This document shows, in pieces, positions 62,149 through 64,000 of a stretch of DNA of 64,000 nucleotides. A program made the translations under genes and the position numbers. Under the pieces are notes generated by a model. It was not told where the DNA came from, did not search any database, and saw nothing but the letters and a program-made list of their open reading frames with translations. Each line of letters starts with the position of its first letter. The stretch's first letter is position 1. The stretch is from an uncultured Chloroflexia bacterium (GTDB lineage Bacteria; Chloroflexota; Limnocylindria; Limnocylindrales; CSP1-4), in the NCBI GenBank assembly GCA_963721765.1, contig CAVRJP010000005.1, positions 207,058-271,057 of the forward strand. The letters are read 5' to 3'.

Positions 62149-64000
62149 ATGTCGACCGCTCGCGACGTCGCGCAACCGGCCGCCCACGTCCGCCCCGAAC
62201 GGGGTGGTACCGCCACTGGGCGGGTGGCCCGGATCGCGCTCGCACTGCCCGCCGGGATCCCGTTCGGCGCGACGATCGGGCTATCCGCGTTCCTCCTGTT
62301 CAGCGTCGAGCCGCTGGTCGGGCGGCTGGTGCTGCCCGTGTTCGGCGGCGCGGCCGGTGTCTGGGCCACGGTGCTCGCGTTCTTCCAGGCGGTGCTGCTG
62401 CTCGGCTACCTGTATGCCCACGTCTCGGCAACGCGCCTGTCCGTCCGCGTCGGCGTCACGCTCCATCTCGCCCTGGCCGCGGCGGCCGTCGTCGCGACGC
62501 TTTTCGCGCCGACGCGCCTGGCAGACGTCCCCATCGGCGATCTCCCGACACTGCTCGGCCTGATCGTGCTGCTCACGATCACGATCGGCCCGGCGGCGTT
62601 CGTGCTCACGGCGACGACGCCACTGATGTCCTCCTGGTACGCGCGCGTCCGAACGACGGGCGACCCGACGGCCTCCCGCTCCGATCCGTACTGGCTTTAC
62701 GCGCTCAGCAACGGCGCATCGCTCATCGCGTTGCTCGCCTACCCCTTCGTGCTGGAACCGACCGTCGGGCTCGCGGCCCAGCGTGGCGCATGGGCGATCG
62801 GCTTCGGCCTCCTCGCCGTCGTCCTCGTCGGCGCATCGCTGCGGTACGTCGGCACCGTTCGATCGGCTGGTCGCGACGCTGTCGTCTCCCAGGAAGCGAC
62901 GACGCCGGTGACGACGCTCGGTCGCGGTCGGCGCCTCCGATGGCTCCTCCTCTCGGCGGTCCCGGCCGGCCTGCTGTCGGCGGTCACGAACTTCGTGACG
63001 ACGGACCTGATCTCGGCGCCCCTTCTGTGGGTCGTCCCACTGGCCGTGTACCTGGGCTCGTTCGTGGTCGCCTTCTCGGCCCGAGGACGCGCCCGCATCG
63101 TGCCGTTGGTGCTGGCGCTGGCGCCGGCGGCGGCGACGCTCCTCTGGGTGCCGATCGGATCATCGGCGGGCTGGCCGATCGTGCCGCTGCTCATCGTCGA
63201 GTACGTCGGGTTCGCGATCGTCGCCACTGCGATCCACGGCCGCCTCGCCGCGGACCGTCCGGCCGGCGATCACCTCACGGACTTCTACCTGACGATGTCG
63301 ACCGGCGGCGTCATCGGCGGCGCATTCGTTGCCGTCGTCGCGCCGCTCGCGTTCGACGGCGTCTGGGAGTACCCGCTCCTGATCGTCGGCGCGCTCGCGG
63401 CGTTGGCCGTGCCCATCGCAGGCTCCATGTCGGAGGCAGCAAGCACGACCGACTCCGCCCGAGCCGCGACGTCGCAGCGTCCGATCCGCCGCCTGCTCTC
63501 GGGCGCGCGGACCCGGGTCGTTCCCTTCGCCCTCGTTGCGGCGGCACTGATCGCGATCATGGCGAGCGACCGATCGCTCGCGTTCGAGGCCGGGGTCAGG
63601 TGGCTGCTCGTCGGGGGCTTGATACTCGTCGTGGGCGGCGTGCGCTGGTTCCTGGTCGCGACGAGCGCCCTCGTGCTCGTCCTGGCCACGTTCATCCTCC
63701 CGCAGGCGGCGCTGCTCCGTGATCGGAGCTTCTTCGGGGTCGTCGAGGTGATCCGGGGACCGGATTCCACGTCCCTGCTGCACGGGACGACGGTGCACGG
63801 CCAGCAGTGGCTGGATCCCGCGCGGCGGTCCGACCCGGGCTGGTACTACGCCCGCCGCGGTCCGGTCGGCGACCTCTTCGCCGAGTACGGGGCGGCACAT
63901 CCGGCCGGCGGCGCGATCCGGGTTCTCGGTCTGGGTGCCGGCACCTTGGCGGCGTTCACCCGGAGCAGCGACCAGATGGTGTTCTACGAGATCGACCCGC
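62149..64000 (+). CDS. Spermidine-synthase-family protein with an N-terminal multi-TM domain (fused polyamine aminopropyltransferase-like), 3'-partial at the window end
   Basis: Open frame from the ATG at 62149 to the window end, so absent from the ORF track. About 10 TM helices, then ...HGTTVHGQQW...IRVLGLGAGTLAA..., which is a spermidine synthase fold motif. Confidence 0.55.
   Translation, partial: MSTARDVAQPAAHVRPERGGTATGRVARIALALPAGIPFGATIGLSAFLLFSVEPLVGRLVLPVFGGAAGVWATVLAFFQAVLLLGYLYAHVSATRLSVRVGVTLHLALAAAAVVATLFAPTRLADVPIGDLPTLLGLIVLLTITIGPAAFVLTATTPLMSSWYARVRTTGDPTASRSDPYWLYALSNGASLIALLAYPFVLEPTVGLAAQRGAWAIGFGLLAVVLVGASLRYVGTVRSAGRDAVVSQEATTPVTTLGRGRRLRWLLLSAVPAGLLSAVTNFVTTDLISAPLLWVVPLAVYLGSFVVAFSARGRARIVPLVLALAPAAATLLWVPIGSSAGWPIVPLLIVEYVGFAIVATAIHGRLAADRPAGDHLTDFYLTMSTGGVIGGAFVAVVAPLAFDGVWEYPLLIVGALAALAVPIAGSMSEAASTTDSARAATSQRPIRRLLSGARTRVVPFALVAAALIAIMASDRSLAFEAGVRWLLVGGLILVVGGVRWFLVATSALVLVLATFILPQAALLRDRSFFGVVEVIRGPDSTSLLHGTTVHGQQWLDPARRSDPGWYYARRGPVGDLFAEYGAAHPAGGAIRVLGLGAGTLAAFTRSSDQMVFYEIDP

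Overview
High-GC (~70%) bacterial chromosomal segment. The gene order matches conserved Actinobacteria-type synteny (rpmE-prfA-prmC-tsaC-wecA/rfe-atpBEFHAGDC-murA, and comF-hpf), and F420-type enzymes are present. The host is most likely an actinobacterium; Chloroflexota is not excluded. Contents, 5'->3' on the + strand:
- A Tad/Flp pilus assembly locus (cpaB, REC-cpaE, cpaF, tadB, tadC, DUF192), followed by three GT-C membrane glycosyltransferases (two DUF2029/GT87 paralogs and one PMT_2-like), comF and hpf.
- A long minus-strand block: LPG-synthase-like TM protein, PHP phosphoesterase, mreB, murA, the complete F1Fo ATP synthase operon (atpZ-B-E-F-H-A-G-D-C), a PKD-domain membrane protein, wecA, glyA, tsaC, prmC, prfA, DUF1385, rpmE, rpmA, rplU, then rodA, mrdA (PBP2) and mreD.
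- A plus-strand block: a perfect parS site, parA, parB, gyrB, an AlkD-like gene, gyrA, prs, secA, a DUF218 protein, an 8-Cys mini-ORF overlapping prfB (RF2, which carries the classic programmed +1 frameshift site CTT TGA C), a GNAT acetyltransferase, ftsE, ftsX, ctpA, smpB, an F420-dependent LLM oxidoreductase, tmRNA (ssrA), an ABC transporter pair, a frameshifted LLM oxidoreductase, a PPOX-family protein and a partial spermidine-synthase-like membrane protein.
- Five apparent single-nucleotide indels in G/C runs disrupt or fuse prmC, tsaC, rplU and the LLM gene. These are probably assembly or sequencing errors rather than real pseudogenes.
- No CRISPR array, rRNA, tRNA or obvious mobile element was seen.
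Coordinates for ncRNA and regulatory sites were anchored to the supplied ORF frames and may still carry a +/-1 uncertainty.
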